From assembly GCF_001194135.2 (NCBI RefSeq), contig NC_068997.1, positions 1,265,738-1,329,737 on the forward strand: 64,000 nucleotides of DNA, read 5' to 3'. Origin of the DNA: Octopus bimaculoides (Eukaryota). Below, piece by piece: positions 11,536 through 22,851 of the stretch. Position 1 is the stretch's first letter, and each line of letters begins with the position of its first letter. Made by a program: the position numbers and the translations under genes. The notes below the pieces were generated by a model that saw only the letters and a list, made by a program, of their open reading frames with translations, searched no databases and was not told the DNA's origin.

Positions 11536-13278
11536 AATAATAATAATGAATTCTGGCATTCAGGTTAATCTAGATAAAGCTTTATAACTAAATTAAATGG
11601 GTTCCATTATATAGCAAGTATTTATTTTATAGATTAGGGAGAGATAAAGTACATCACAACATATAATAATATTAATTTATACTTCCTATCGATAGATTTA
11701 TATTGTTCTACCAAAACTCTTTATAAGCACTGCAGATACAGAAGTTGCGATTCTTAGGGACTTAGAGATGACATAAGCATTCGAATTGATAGAACAAAGT
11801 GGTGCAATAATTGTCCAAGTCACTGAAAATTTCAATCTTTATAACTACTTAGCTTTACAGTGAAGCAGACCATTAAAACCAGATCTTTTAATTTGCTTGA
11901 AATACCGACTTCGGTTCAGTGAGTATTCATTACACTGTGTGTGGGTATCTACCTCATTAACTGTGAGTTAAAATTCTCACTTCATCGAAAGTAGCAAAAT
12001 TTAGAAATCTATAGAAATTTGACAGCGAGTGAGGAATCTCATCACGGAGCTTTGGTGTGTCCATGGAATTGTATCTCTAACCAGCCCACTAAGCTCACAT
12101 ATAAAACAGTCTATCTAGCTGTAAATATGTACCAAAGGAAGGGAGAATTTACATCCTTAGACAGCGGCAGTACTAGTAGTTAACGCATGGTTCATTATTT
12201 TGTGATCCTAAATTATTTATTTCCAGACTGCAGTAACTTAACATTATTGACAATAACTTTAGCTACGCTGCAATGGGACACGTAAAGGTACATCGATTGA
12301 CAGACAGCCATGCCATTAGAAACGGATTATGTTAAACCAAAGGCAGAAATACTCGTTTAAGCCCCAATTTAAGATTCCTCAACTGAAAATGTTTTTAAAT
12401 CCCCAAGCATTGTGATTTATAAACGATAATTTCATTACTTTCTCAGTTGCTATCTTAGATATTTTTTTATAACGAGATGATGTGAAGCAGAAGACAAGAT
12501 TGACAAGACATGGAATGTGACGTTTATTTGAAATATGATGTCATGTTTATAATGTTGGTCACGAATGTGAGAATATTTCTAGCAAAAGTCATCAAATGTC
12601 GATCGATACTAGAGTTAATATTTAAGATTGGTCAATGCGCCTGAATAACCGATTCCGCAGATAAAGAAGAGTATTGTTGCTGTTTGTTTACATTTTGTTG
12701 TGTTTAATTAAACAACAAATATTAAAGCAGAAATTTGCAAGAAAATTCAGCCAACCTCATTTTCAGGCGTTATATCCTACTGTATTGAATAGAGGTTTGT
12801 TGAACATTAGCCCTTGAAATATGAAAAGACTATTAAAATCTTGCTGATCTGTAATTAAAGACGTTCCATCTACGATCATCCAGATATGAATTGATGTCAA
12901 GAAACCACTTGGATGAATGTTGCCTACAAGAACAATGTAGATGATCATTTGCATACAAAGAGCAAGTTAGGAAAACATCAAAATTTAAGTTCAAACCATT
13001 TATAACAAATACTTATTAAAAATAATTATTAAAACATCACACACAGTTATCATCAGTTACATCCAGAAAAAGAAAATGCATTTGATTGAACCTAAGTTCA
13101 CTAAAACACACGTTCTCACTCTCAGCCAACAGATGTACTGTCTTTTTGCGCTGCACTTTCTTACGCAATTACATAGAATGGGTTATGCTGCGCCAATAAC
13201 GACTTCTCCAGTCACTCTCTCACCTGACATCTCCAATCACACATGTTTGTTCTATCCAACACTCGCTCCACGTACCAG

Positions 13279-13282
<4 letters not shown>

Positions 13283-13361
<79 letters not shown>

Positions 13362-13362
13362 T
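13283..13362. repeat. (CTA)n microsatellite
   Basis: Direct reading; gives the poly-Thr artefact ORF. Confidence 0.95.
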
Positions 13363-13879
13363 CTCTCCAGCGATTCATCTCTCTGAATTTCTATTATTAC
13401 TAATCTTTCTACATTTAACGACTTGTAACTGTTTAAAGGCAAAGTGAATGATAGAAATCTCACTGCTCTTTCCACTCACATTACCCCCACTAACATCATT
13501 ACAACTACCATCTCTGCCACTAACCAAAAGCTCAATACTGTTACAACCAATTCCAAAGTCACTAATAGTGACTTTGATATTAGTTTAGACAGTACTGAGT
13601 TACTAAAACGTCACCAAAAACATAATCAGTATGCATAACCTCACTGTTACATCATTGCTACTAATGCCACCGCCATTACCATAACTAGCAATTCTATTAC
13701 CATCAATACCATGATTTCTACTACCAATGTCATCACCACTTAACCCTTCTATTTCTTCTGTGTTGTTTGCTGTGTACAATCATCCAAGCTTTTGTTTCCC
13801 GTCCATTCTTTGATGTCGTCAGCCCACAAAAGTCTTTGACGCTCTTTTGTTCTCTTTCCTTCCACATTTTATTTCAGGA

Positions 13880-14480
13880 TAGCCTTGGGAAATGGCTCGT
13901 GAGATTGTATGTTCAAAATATGATAGCTTTTCTGGACTTGATTCTCGACAATGTGTGCCTTTGGAGTTTCAGCTTTTCTACATCTATTTGATCCTTATTC
14001 TTCTATGTCACCATATTACCACGAGTAATATGGTGAAAACTGTTGCACTGAAACCGTCAAATCATTCATCCGTATAAGGTAGACGAATGTCTATCTCGTC
14101 TCATCGCTTGATAGGTTACTATCAGCTCGTATCTTTACGGTGGAACTGATGAAAATGCTTCTGACTCACAATCTGTTCTGCCGCCGTGTTCAGTTTTGTT
14201 CGCCACACTCTTTTTCATACACATTAACGCTCCACTTGACGTCACTTCCCACAAAGAATACTTCTACTCAGATAATACAACGTTTCATCCCTTTCTAATC
14301 TTCTGATCCCACACTGGACAATTCAAGAGGGCACCGTTGGTATGAACAGAGACCACAAAAACATTCTCCAATTGGAGTCAATATTTCCTTCAGCACTACA
14401 AAGACACTCATTTCCCTGAAGATGAACAACACCTAAGGTAAACTGGCGACGCCACTAGAAATATTTAGCCTCATATCCCT
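13880..14480 (+). mobile_element. Possible decayed Penelope-like RT C-terminal fragment
   Basis: IAFLDLIL (FLD motif) and LKPSNHSS (resembling YRKPTH), with a degenerate ctgaagatg...gtaaactggcg near 14417. Confidence 0.3.
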
Positions 14481-14559
14481 AAGGGTCTCTTCTGTAGAAC
14501 ACTCGACCTCAACATAATCCAACACCGGCTTTTCGGTAAATTCATTTGTATTGTTACAG

Positions 14560-14735
14560 TCTGCGAAGACATCTGTCATCCAATGTAAAACCTATATCCG
14601 CTCGACCATAGCTAGCATCCAAACCATATCTCCGTTGGACTGAGGATAACACCGTGCCTTCTTTCCTGGAAAATGTGAAAAAATGGAAATCATTACGGAT
14701 AAAAATGGAATATGAGGCGTTTTCATTAACGGTAT
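14560..14735 (+). mobile_element. Possible mariner transposase 3' remnant
   Basis: YPLDHS.HPNHIS resembles YSPDLAPSDYHLF; the terminal ..IITDKNGIY-like segment resembles the mariner C-terminus. Confidence 0.3.
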
Positions 14736-14828
14736 ATACACACGCACACACGTGGATATGTGTATGTATATGTATGTGTGCGTGTGTGTTTGTTCACACA
14801 CACACAAGTGTATATATATATATATATA

Positions 14829-15503
14829 AGCAATGTTAATTCTCTAAATGAAGTATTAACAGTAACTGCACGATAAAGTGTGGTATATTGCCACTTAAGT
14901 GTGGCTGACCCCTAGGGGTGGATGTTACTGTTGCTTTTAGCCCCAGGAGGACATCTCCTCCAGCTGGCTTATCGACACACGACTGTGTCCTGTTTGCCAA
15001 GGGTAGTTATCCCTCTCACCAACATCTGCAGCACAGTCGTGTGTCGATAAGCCAGCTGGAGGAGATGTCCTCCTGGGGCTAAAAGCAACAGTAACATCCA
15101 CCCCTAGGGGTCAGCCACACTTAAGTGGCAATATACTACACTTTATATATATATATATATATANNNNNNNNNNAATACTTCATTTAGAGAATTAACATTG
15201 CTTGTTTTCACCTTTTCGATATCAGTGAAGAATTTCACTTGAAAAGAAGATATAAGATTGCCAGGTTTTTTTCTCTCTCACCAAGGTCAGCGGCTATCGG
15301 ACGCCGACGAAGGGAAATAACCCTGAAATCCGGATCCGTTCGTGCTGCAGATGTTGGTGAGAGGGATAACTACCCTTGGCAAACAGGACACAGTCGTGTG
15401 TCGATAAGCCAGCTGGAGGAGATGTCCTCCTGGGGCTAAAAGCAACAGTAACATCCACCCCTAGGGGTCAGCCACACTTAAGTGGCAATATACTACACTT
15501 TAT
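14829..15503. mobile_element. Penelope-type terminal repeat (pLTR) in inverted/foldback arrangement
   Basis: 14874-14987 is the reverse complement of 15033-15146 (1 mismatch seen). 14874-15034 is the reverse complement of 15343-15503, and 14829-14857 of 15174-15202. 15200-15450 is homologous to 36345-36604 and contains an HHR motif. Confidence 0.7.
15298..15342 (+). ncRNA. Minimal type-I hammerhead ribozyme motif (U4C core variant)
   Basis: cggacg CCGACGA aggg-aaataa-ccct GAAA tccgga TC cgttcg: 6-bp stem I, 4-bp stem II, palindromic stem III and an AUC cleavage triplet. Confidence 0.75.
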
Positions 15504-15826
15504 ATATATATATATATATATACACCCTACCACTTAACTGTATAAATGTGCTTTTGTTTATCTATCTATCAATAGGTTGTTCCTCTGTAGACAATTGGAG
15601 ATAATTCGAAATAGTGCCACCGATTTCGAATTATTCTAAATTCAATGAAATACTGTGTTTAGGACAATTGGAATAAATTTCATTTTGGAAAGTACATAAC
15701 ATCAGTCCCCCCGTTGCCTCTTTCTTTCTTTCTCCCCTCTGTATATATGTATGTATGTATGTATGCTTGTCTCTTTGTCTGTCTGTCTGTCTCTTTCACA
15801 CATACTCTCTCTCGCTCTCTCTCAAA

Positions 15827-15871
<45 letters not shown>

Positions 15872-16207
15872 TTACTCTATTCCGCATACTGTAAACATAC
15901 ATACTCTCACATACAAATACACGCGGATTTTTCTGAGGTTTCATCTTCGGCCTAAAAGAAACCCCATAAATTATAATATGATGTAATTATATTACAAAAT
16001 GAAATTTGTTTCTCGATAATAGATAATTACATTAAGATTTATGAAGATAATTTCAGTGAAATATCAGTGTTAAATATGAATGAAGTACTAGAATAGACTA
16101 AATGTCAACATCACAATAAAATGTCTCAAAACTAAGATATATCTCGTGTGTTCACAATATGTTTTATATATTTGTCTAACCATATTTTCTGGAGCAGCTG
16201 CTGCAGA

Positions 16208-16214
16208 GCGGCTC

Positions 16215-16258
<44 letters not shown>

Positions 16259-16691
16259 TAATATCTACTATAAGTATAAGGCTTGGAATTTTGGGGGAGC
16301 GGCAAGTCTATTACATTGACCAGAGGACTCAACTGGCACTTATTTTATCGATTCCGAAAAGATGAAAGGCAAAGTCGACATTGGGGGAATTTGAATTCAG
16401 AACGTGAAAACATACGAAGTGCCGCTAAGCTTTTCGTCTGATATGCTAACGATTCTGCCTTAATGATAATAATAATCCTTTCTACTATAGGTACAAGGCG
16501 TGAAATTTGTGGGAAAGTGGATAGTCGATTATATCGACCCCAGTGCTCCATTGGGACTTATTTCATCGACCCAAAAGCATCAAAGGTAAAGTCGATCTCG
16601 GCGGAATTCGAGCCTGGAACATAAGGACGGACCAAATGCCGTTAAGCCTTTTACCTGGCATGCTAACAATTCTGCCAGATCGCTGTCTTTC

Positions 16692-16768
<77 letters not shown>

Positions 16769-16830
16769 GACTTGGATCCAACTTGTACAAATGCAAAACA
16801 AAAGTCAAACATAAAATAATAATAATAATA
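16208..16830 (-). mobile_element. Two head-to-tail SINE family A copies (16262-16463 and 16476-16690) embedded in (AAT)n tracts
   Basis: Same consensus as 3425-3868; (AAT)n at 16215-16260, 16462-16476 and 16693-16767. Confidence 0.85.
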
Positions 16831-17199
16831 ATAATAATAATACTGATTTATACGCTAGTTTGTTAAAATGTTTAAACTCGTCATGAGTGATAGGGAGCTG
16901 ATAGTTTAAACTGTATCCGACTTTGAGGCCCTGGTTCGGAAGTTCCAGGGTTTTGTAGAGTGTTCCCCGGTTTACTCCGCCCCAGAGTAGTAGCACCTAT
17001 CAGTATCCGAGCTACGGGTTAATTATCATGTAAATAAAGGTCAGTTGTGAATTTAGGAATAAATAGCCTCTGATCAAATCACGGGGTGGTCGGATGGAAA
17101 GAGAGCGAGATGGAGAGAGAGAAAGAAAGAGAAACTGCAATCATTAATCAATGGCAGTTGGAGAAATGCTAGAGGCATCTACTCTTCAAAAAGATAGCC

Positions 17200-17650
17200 A
17201 CTATAGCCCTTTTAAGGTCCCTGAAACAGGAAAAATGAATAAAGAGCGATATATGTCAGCAGAACAAGTAACCGGCTTCAAAACAAACAATAGAGAGGTT
17301 CCTGCGAAAGTTACCCAAGGATCCAGGTAGAATAAAACAGACGGGATTATGTTGTATAGTGGAACTGTACATCTGTTCCGGTAAAACATTAAAACATGGT
17401 ATAGCCAGCCATTATAAATAGACCAGTAACCGGTCGACAGAGACAATGTCGAGAGTACGTGTAGACTGTGTTAATAGTCGTGTCTGTGCCGATATAGTAA
17501 TTATACTGTAATCCAACCCTTTGAGTATAAAAGCACTGTATGACTAGGGGTCGTACAGCGCCAGATATAACCGTTGTATCGACGACTTTGGAATATAAAA
17601 GTATCTGCCGGAGCGACAACCGTCGTCAAAAGACAAATACAACAGTAGCA
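17200..17650 (+). mobile_element. Decayed R4-clade LINE fragment (CCHC zinc-knuckle region)
   Basis: RDNVESTCRLC followed by a frameshifted EYK..HD-like segment, matching C..C....E...H....C....Y..RHD. Confidence 0.45.
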
Positions 17651-17904
17651 AAAGACTGTTTTACAACAGATTATAAATCAGTTTATAAGATTCTAATTAA
17701 AATAACATATGAGTAGCAGTGTAAGTAGCATAATAAGTAGCAGCTTAAGAGATATAATAAATCCACCGAGGGAAAGAAGAAAGAACGTAGTGTTTAAAGA
17801 AAACCACGAAGAAATTATCTCGTGGAGATAAAGTAATCTTGTCAAAATGCAGAAGCTTGGGCTGTGTAGTACCCCTAGTTATGTTTGATTACAGTGTGTC
17901 GTAC

Positions 17905-18310
17905 AAATTGCTTTTTTTCTTGTATTTGTTTCAGTCATTAGACTGCGGCCATGCTGGGGCACTGTCTTGAAGAATATTTAGACGGATGAATCTACCCTAT
18001 TTCTTTATTTTTTTTTAGCGTGATACTTATTCTATCGGTGTCTTTTGTCGAACCGTTAAGTTACGAAACGCAAACAGACCAAGAGGGATTGTCAAGTAGT
18101 GGTAGGGGACAAACAGTGAGAGAGAGGGAGAGGGAGAAAGACACACAGAAAAGACACACACATATACACACGCATACATACGACGGGGCTTCTTCCAGTT
18201 TCTGTCTACCATATCCAATAAGGGTTTGGTCGGCTTGAGGCTAGAGTAGAAGACACTTGCCCGAGGTGCCACGCAGTGGGAATGAACCCGGAGCTATGTG
18301 GTTAGGAGGC
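17905..18310 (-). mobile_element. SINE family B, near full length
   Basis: The reverse complement contains cctaaccacatagctccgggttcattcccactgcgtggcacctcgggcaagtgtcttctactctagcctcaagccgaccaaa...cagcatggccgcagtctaatgactgaaacaaat. Confidence 0.85.
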
Positions 18311-18789
18311 AAGCTTCTTAACTTGGCCGGCTCTACGCGCGCACAGACGTTATTCTTCAGCTCCTGTACAGGGACAGGTATGATCAAAGGACGACAAAAT
18401 TTCCTCGTGGCAACCAAATCACTCAGCATATACATTAATTAGGTAACAAAGCTTGATCAGTTAAAAATAGTAGCTAAATCTTACTTAACTACTACCTACT
18501 AACTTAAAAAAATTCGAGTCGTACTGGATAATATATTCTGAGATAGGCAATGCTTTTCAATCTAGTTCTGCTTGTTCAATGCTGACCAGTAACTAAAATA
18601 ACTTCATCCACCTAAAGTTAAATAGAAAATAGAAATTGAAAAGGTCGAGTAGAATGTCAGAGAGAACATCTGTAATGAAATGTCACCATTATTATAACGT
18701 TATTGGAAGTATGTTTCTATGTATACACATGTGTGTTTGTGTGAATGTATGCTTGCGTATATGACTAAGTATAAAGGATAAACATACAT

Positions 18790-19330
18790 AAAAACCCAAA
18801 CCTATGGATTATCACTTCACCGTAGAATAGCCGGCAGCTGCTTCGTAGTATCTCCTAAGAGATAAATTCATGGTACCTATATGTATCAGCGAAAGTTACA
18901 AACCAGATACACTTCTGATGATAGGTTATAAGCCGTCCAAGTTCATATAAAACTCCGAGTCTCTATTCACTGCATCATCGATACTCTTAAAGAGTTCCAA
19001 GCACATATATGCCATGGTGAACATTCATGACAATATAACCGGCCTTATTCCATGAATTACAAAATACAACGGAAAACGCTTCAAAATTGCTTATCAAATC
19101 AAAGTTTTCGATGCTAATCCAGTTAGTAGAAACTATTCTAAAGAAATTATATTGATGTCTGTCAGTACATGATTACAACCAATCGATGTTCCAGATATAA
19201 AATTTATGGCTCTTGTTATTCCTCATAAGAAGACGGCTATAGTTAATAATATTTTTAATTTGATTTTCCCCCATTCTGAAGCAGCTCTATTGAATGTCTA
19301 CTCATTTCTCTGAGCCATTATAATGACTAG
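18790..19330 (+). mobile_element. Possible decayed Penelope-like RT fragment
   Basis: ccaagttcatataaa (resembling PKIHK) and aatccagttagtagaaactatt (resembling NVPV.ETI); many stops. Confidence 0.25.
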
Positions 19331-19908
19331 AATTTTTATTAGGTAATCAAGTCTGTCAGCTCTTTATACACAATTTGAGTAAGTATCCTCTTGTTGATTG
19401 CTTTAATGATAAGACACATTGCTTATGATACCCGGAAGCCTGTTTTATTCACCAATTAGATGCTTAATTGTCTTCTTCCGAAATGAATTGAAAGATAGCA
19501 ATTATGTGACACTTTCTCGAACAAATTGAAAACTGACTTTATCGGAAGTCGGATTCACTTAAATTAAGGTCTAGTGAAGAATAAGGTCAACAACTAACGC
19601 AACACTAACCTTACCGGTTGTTAGAATAGAAGTAATGCACTAGATATAACAACAGCAATACTAGTGACAGCGGTACGTTACTTGTCCTTTGTTAATATAC
19701 TCTTCTTTCTTCGCCTTCTCGTCATCATCATCGTCGTCATCTTCTTCTCCGCTTTCTCGTCATCATCATTGTCGTTGTCATGATCATCACTGCGACGGAA
19801 ATGTAAAAGTCAACCGAGAAAATAAAATAACAGAAACGCTAATCCATGAAATAAAATTCCGTTCACTGAAGAAAACAAAAACGCGATTCTGTTCCTGCCG
19901 TTGCATAG

Positions 19909-20084
19909 CCCCTCATTGGATCTGACAGAGCGGTCCTATGCTTGCGGGTTGGAGATCAAACAACTAGGGGTGACCCGCACATCAGCTATTCCAAAGACGT
20001 CAACCTTCCAACTGGATGAAGATCATAGTGCACAGTTTGACATGCGCAGGGGAAGTGGTCTGAAATGCAACATGACGTGCAGTG
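19909..20084 (+). other. Exon-like segment (unidentified)
   Basis: Acceptor gttcctgccgttgcatAG, open frame PSLDLTERSYACGLEIKQLGVTRTSAIPKTSTFQLDEDHSAQFDMRRGSGLKCNMTCS, donor g/GTGAGT. GC content is higher than the flanks. It could instead be a TE remnant. Confidence 0.25.
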
Positions 20085-20382
20085 GTGAGTAACAGGAGGA
20101 ACTGCGTACTGTATTACTGTATGTTTGTAGATTCAGGTGGTGGCAGAAGCGGGAAAGAGGGATTCGTCAGGGAATTACTTTGCATTTACCGTTGATGGTT
20201 CGAATCCCAGAACAATCTTTGCATTTAGTGAAGCTCTTGATGTTGCTGCGATCGTGTTTTTAGCCCGGTGTTGTTATACATGTTTTTTTTTTCACGTTTC
20301 CAGCACATGAATTGGTGACTATAAATCTATTGGAATACACCTGATAAAAATTATAGCAATGAAACAAAACACTGTTAATATA

Positions 20383-20632
20383 TTGGTTTCAAATTTCAGC
20401 ACAAGGCCAACAATTTCGACCCCAGTGTTCAACTGGTATTATTTTATCGACTTCCGAAGGATGAATGACAAAGTCGACTTCGGTGGAATTTGAACTCAGA
20501 ACGTAACGGCGGACAAAATGCTGCTAAGCACTTTGCCCGGTGTGCCAACGATTCTGCCATATAAGTACCAGTCACGCACTGGAGTCGATGTAATCGACTA
20601 GCCCCCTCCCCTCAAATTTTTGGACTTGAACC
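20383..20632. mobile_element. SINE family A copy (-, 20383-20560) followed by an inverted 3'-half fragment (+, 20560-20632)
   Basis: The minus copy ends at gccaacgattctgcc; ataagtaccagtcacgcactggagtcgatgtaatcgactagccccc then follows on the plus strand. Confidence 0.7.
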
Positions 20633-22397
20633 CCTTAAATGATTTAGTTTTAGGTCTAAAGGTTCTGAACTTCAGCTTCAATTCCTCCGGCCGCTGGCCT
20701 TTACTGTAATACGCTAATAATATCCTGGTATCCATCCATCAGACTAAATACCCCCGCCAATACACACTCAAATACCAGTTTTTAAAATTAAACCCGTTAT
20801 TAATTCAACACCATATGCCCAGCACCAAACAAAACTCCTTCCAGTCCTAATAATGACCAATTTACTCAATCTTCGTGGTTGATGGTAATGGGAGAAAAGA
20901 ATCATAAATCCTCTACAAGGAAGTCTTTATGTGGTCACTCGAGATAATAGAAATAGTAGTAAAATCTCCCTCGAATCGTACCCTACCAGTTTAAATAAGG
21001 CAGAAAAATACAAGCATAAATGTTGTAGTTTCCAATTATATATATTTTCAACGGTTTTTAGTGGTTTCACACATCAAATTGCGGCCGAGCTTGAGTATCT
21101 ATTTCAGACGTTTTTTACTCAATAATAGTAAACCAGTGTTTATATCAACAACGAGTAGCTCAGTTATTTTTGACACAACACTGATGTTGGGTTAAGCATT
21201 TACTCACAGACATGGACTGCACACAAACATTTATGGACACAGTAAACAGTCAAAAATTGATATGTATATTGTGGTCAACCCGAGACTATAGTAGACACTT
21301 GCTCAAGATTCCAGAAAAACGCTATTGCGAAGAGAAATTCTTAAATTTCCAGCCACACCAGCATCCTTCCTTGTTTAACCCGTCAGGATTCAATTCGATG
21401 GATGCAACTTCAAGCAAATCGATCAACTACATAAATAGTCTTCTATGTCTCATATAAGTTATTATTCAATGGTTAAAATGAAAGCTAAACAAATATTCTA
21501 TGAGAGCCTATAATAGTAATAACAGAGAAAAACTGATACAATATTGAAAGCTTACAGTTTTCGATTTTTTTTGCTTTCACTGACAAAGAAATATAGACAA
21601 AATTATTAATTTATGTATCATAACCGTCCATAAAATATAGGAATAAATGTTGGGAAAAGAAATTCAGATATGACCTGTTACGGTCACAGAGGGCGCCAGC
21701 TGTACTATATTCATTATGAAAGAAAAACGAATGGTTTTCTCATTGGAGATTTTAAAAAATTGATAAAGTTATCACCGTCTAAATTTGTTGTCGTATTTTG
21801 AACTAATCAGTCTCTTCGACAGACTGATGTTTCTTAATTACATTAGGGTGGAACTGTGAAAAAGAAATGTCTAACTTTAAACAACTAACTAAAGATTGTT
21901 ATAGTTCATTACAAAGCCAAAACAATGACAACGAAGAGACATACGACCTTCCCGATTGTCAATCAGAATGATGGAAGAGATGATGAGTTTCTTAACAGAA
22001 GAGTTTCAGTAAAATGTGATTGGCAGTGCAGGGTATAAGAGGAGAAAGGCTACGGTCGATATATCATGTATCAATGCGCAAACAGAATATGACATGCAGA
22101 CGACAGGCAAATTGGTGATAACATCAACCATTCTTGCGTTGACAACATGATATATTACACAAACACATACAAGCATACATATGCACGTACACACACATGT
22201 TTATATCCCTTCCTCCAACTCTCTCTACATATATGCATACATACATTCACAGATACAACAATATACATGCACAAGAACATATATGCAATGTCGATATCTA
22301 CAAAACGTGTATGCACCGTTTTCCTTTGAGTCAACAGACGTGTGAGCACATATAAATACAATATTCAAGAGAAAGAGAGAAGAAAGGAGAGAGAGAG

Positions 22398-22434
<37 letters not shown>

Positions 22435-22659
22435 TTGAAGGGGAAAGAGAAAGATAAATCTTATTAAGAAGTACGTATGACGTTACTGTTAGCAATACAC
22501 GTATACACCAACATACATATACACATATGTATACACATACGTAAACACGCATAAACACACACAAATACAGAAGTTTGTTTATGCACACACACAGACGTAT
22601 ATAGTGAATTCAAAAAACAGAGAAAAGAAAAGAAAAAAGCAAACAAATGTTAGGACGTA

Positions 22660-22822
22660 GCACAAGCAATCTATTAATATGACGCTCGGAGAAGGAAGAG
22701 AGTTGTTGCTTTATGATTCGAGCATAGGTCATCGTCGGAAACAGTAAAAACAGGAAGGTCCAAAGAGAAAGAAGGAAGAAGGACGAAAAATCGCCAACAA
22801 TCCACGTGCGGTTACATTTCTG
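22660..22822 (-). mobile_element. Penelope-type pLTR family 2 with degenerate HHR
   Basis: The reverse complement agaaatgtaaccgcacgtggattgttggcgatttttcgtccttcttcc...tttccgacgatgacctatgctcgaatcataaag matches 32320-32435 (+). Confidence 0.6.
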
Positions 22823-22851
22823 ATATATATATATATACATATATATATATA

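Noticed and set aside
12763-12954. Exon-like segment on the minus strand after ttgttcttgtag
   Set aside because: No convincing donor, and the alternative frames stop early.
16805-16996. Minus-strand 63-aa ORF (GGVNRGTLYKTLELPNQGLKVGY) with a ccctgg/ccaggg hairpin
   Set aside because: Weak acceptor, no donor before the microsatellite and no recognisable family.
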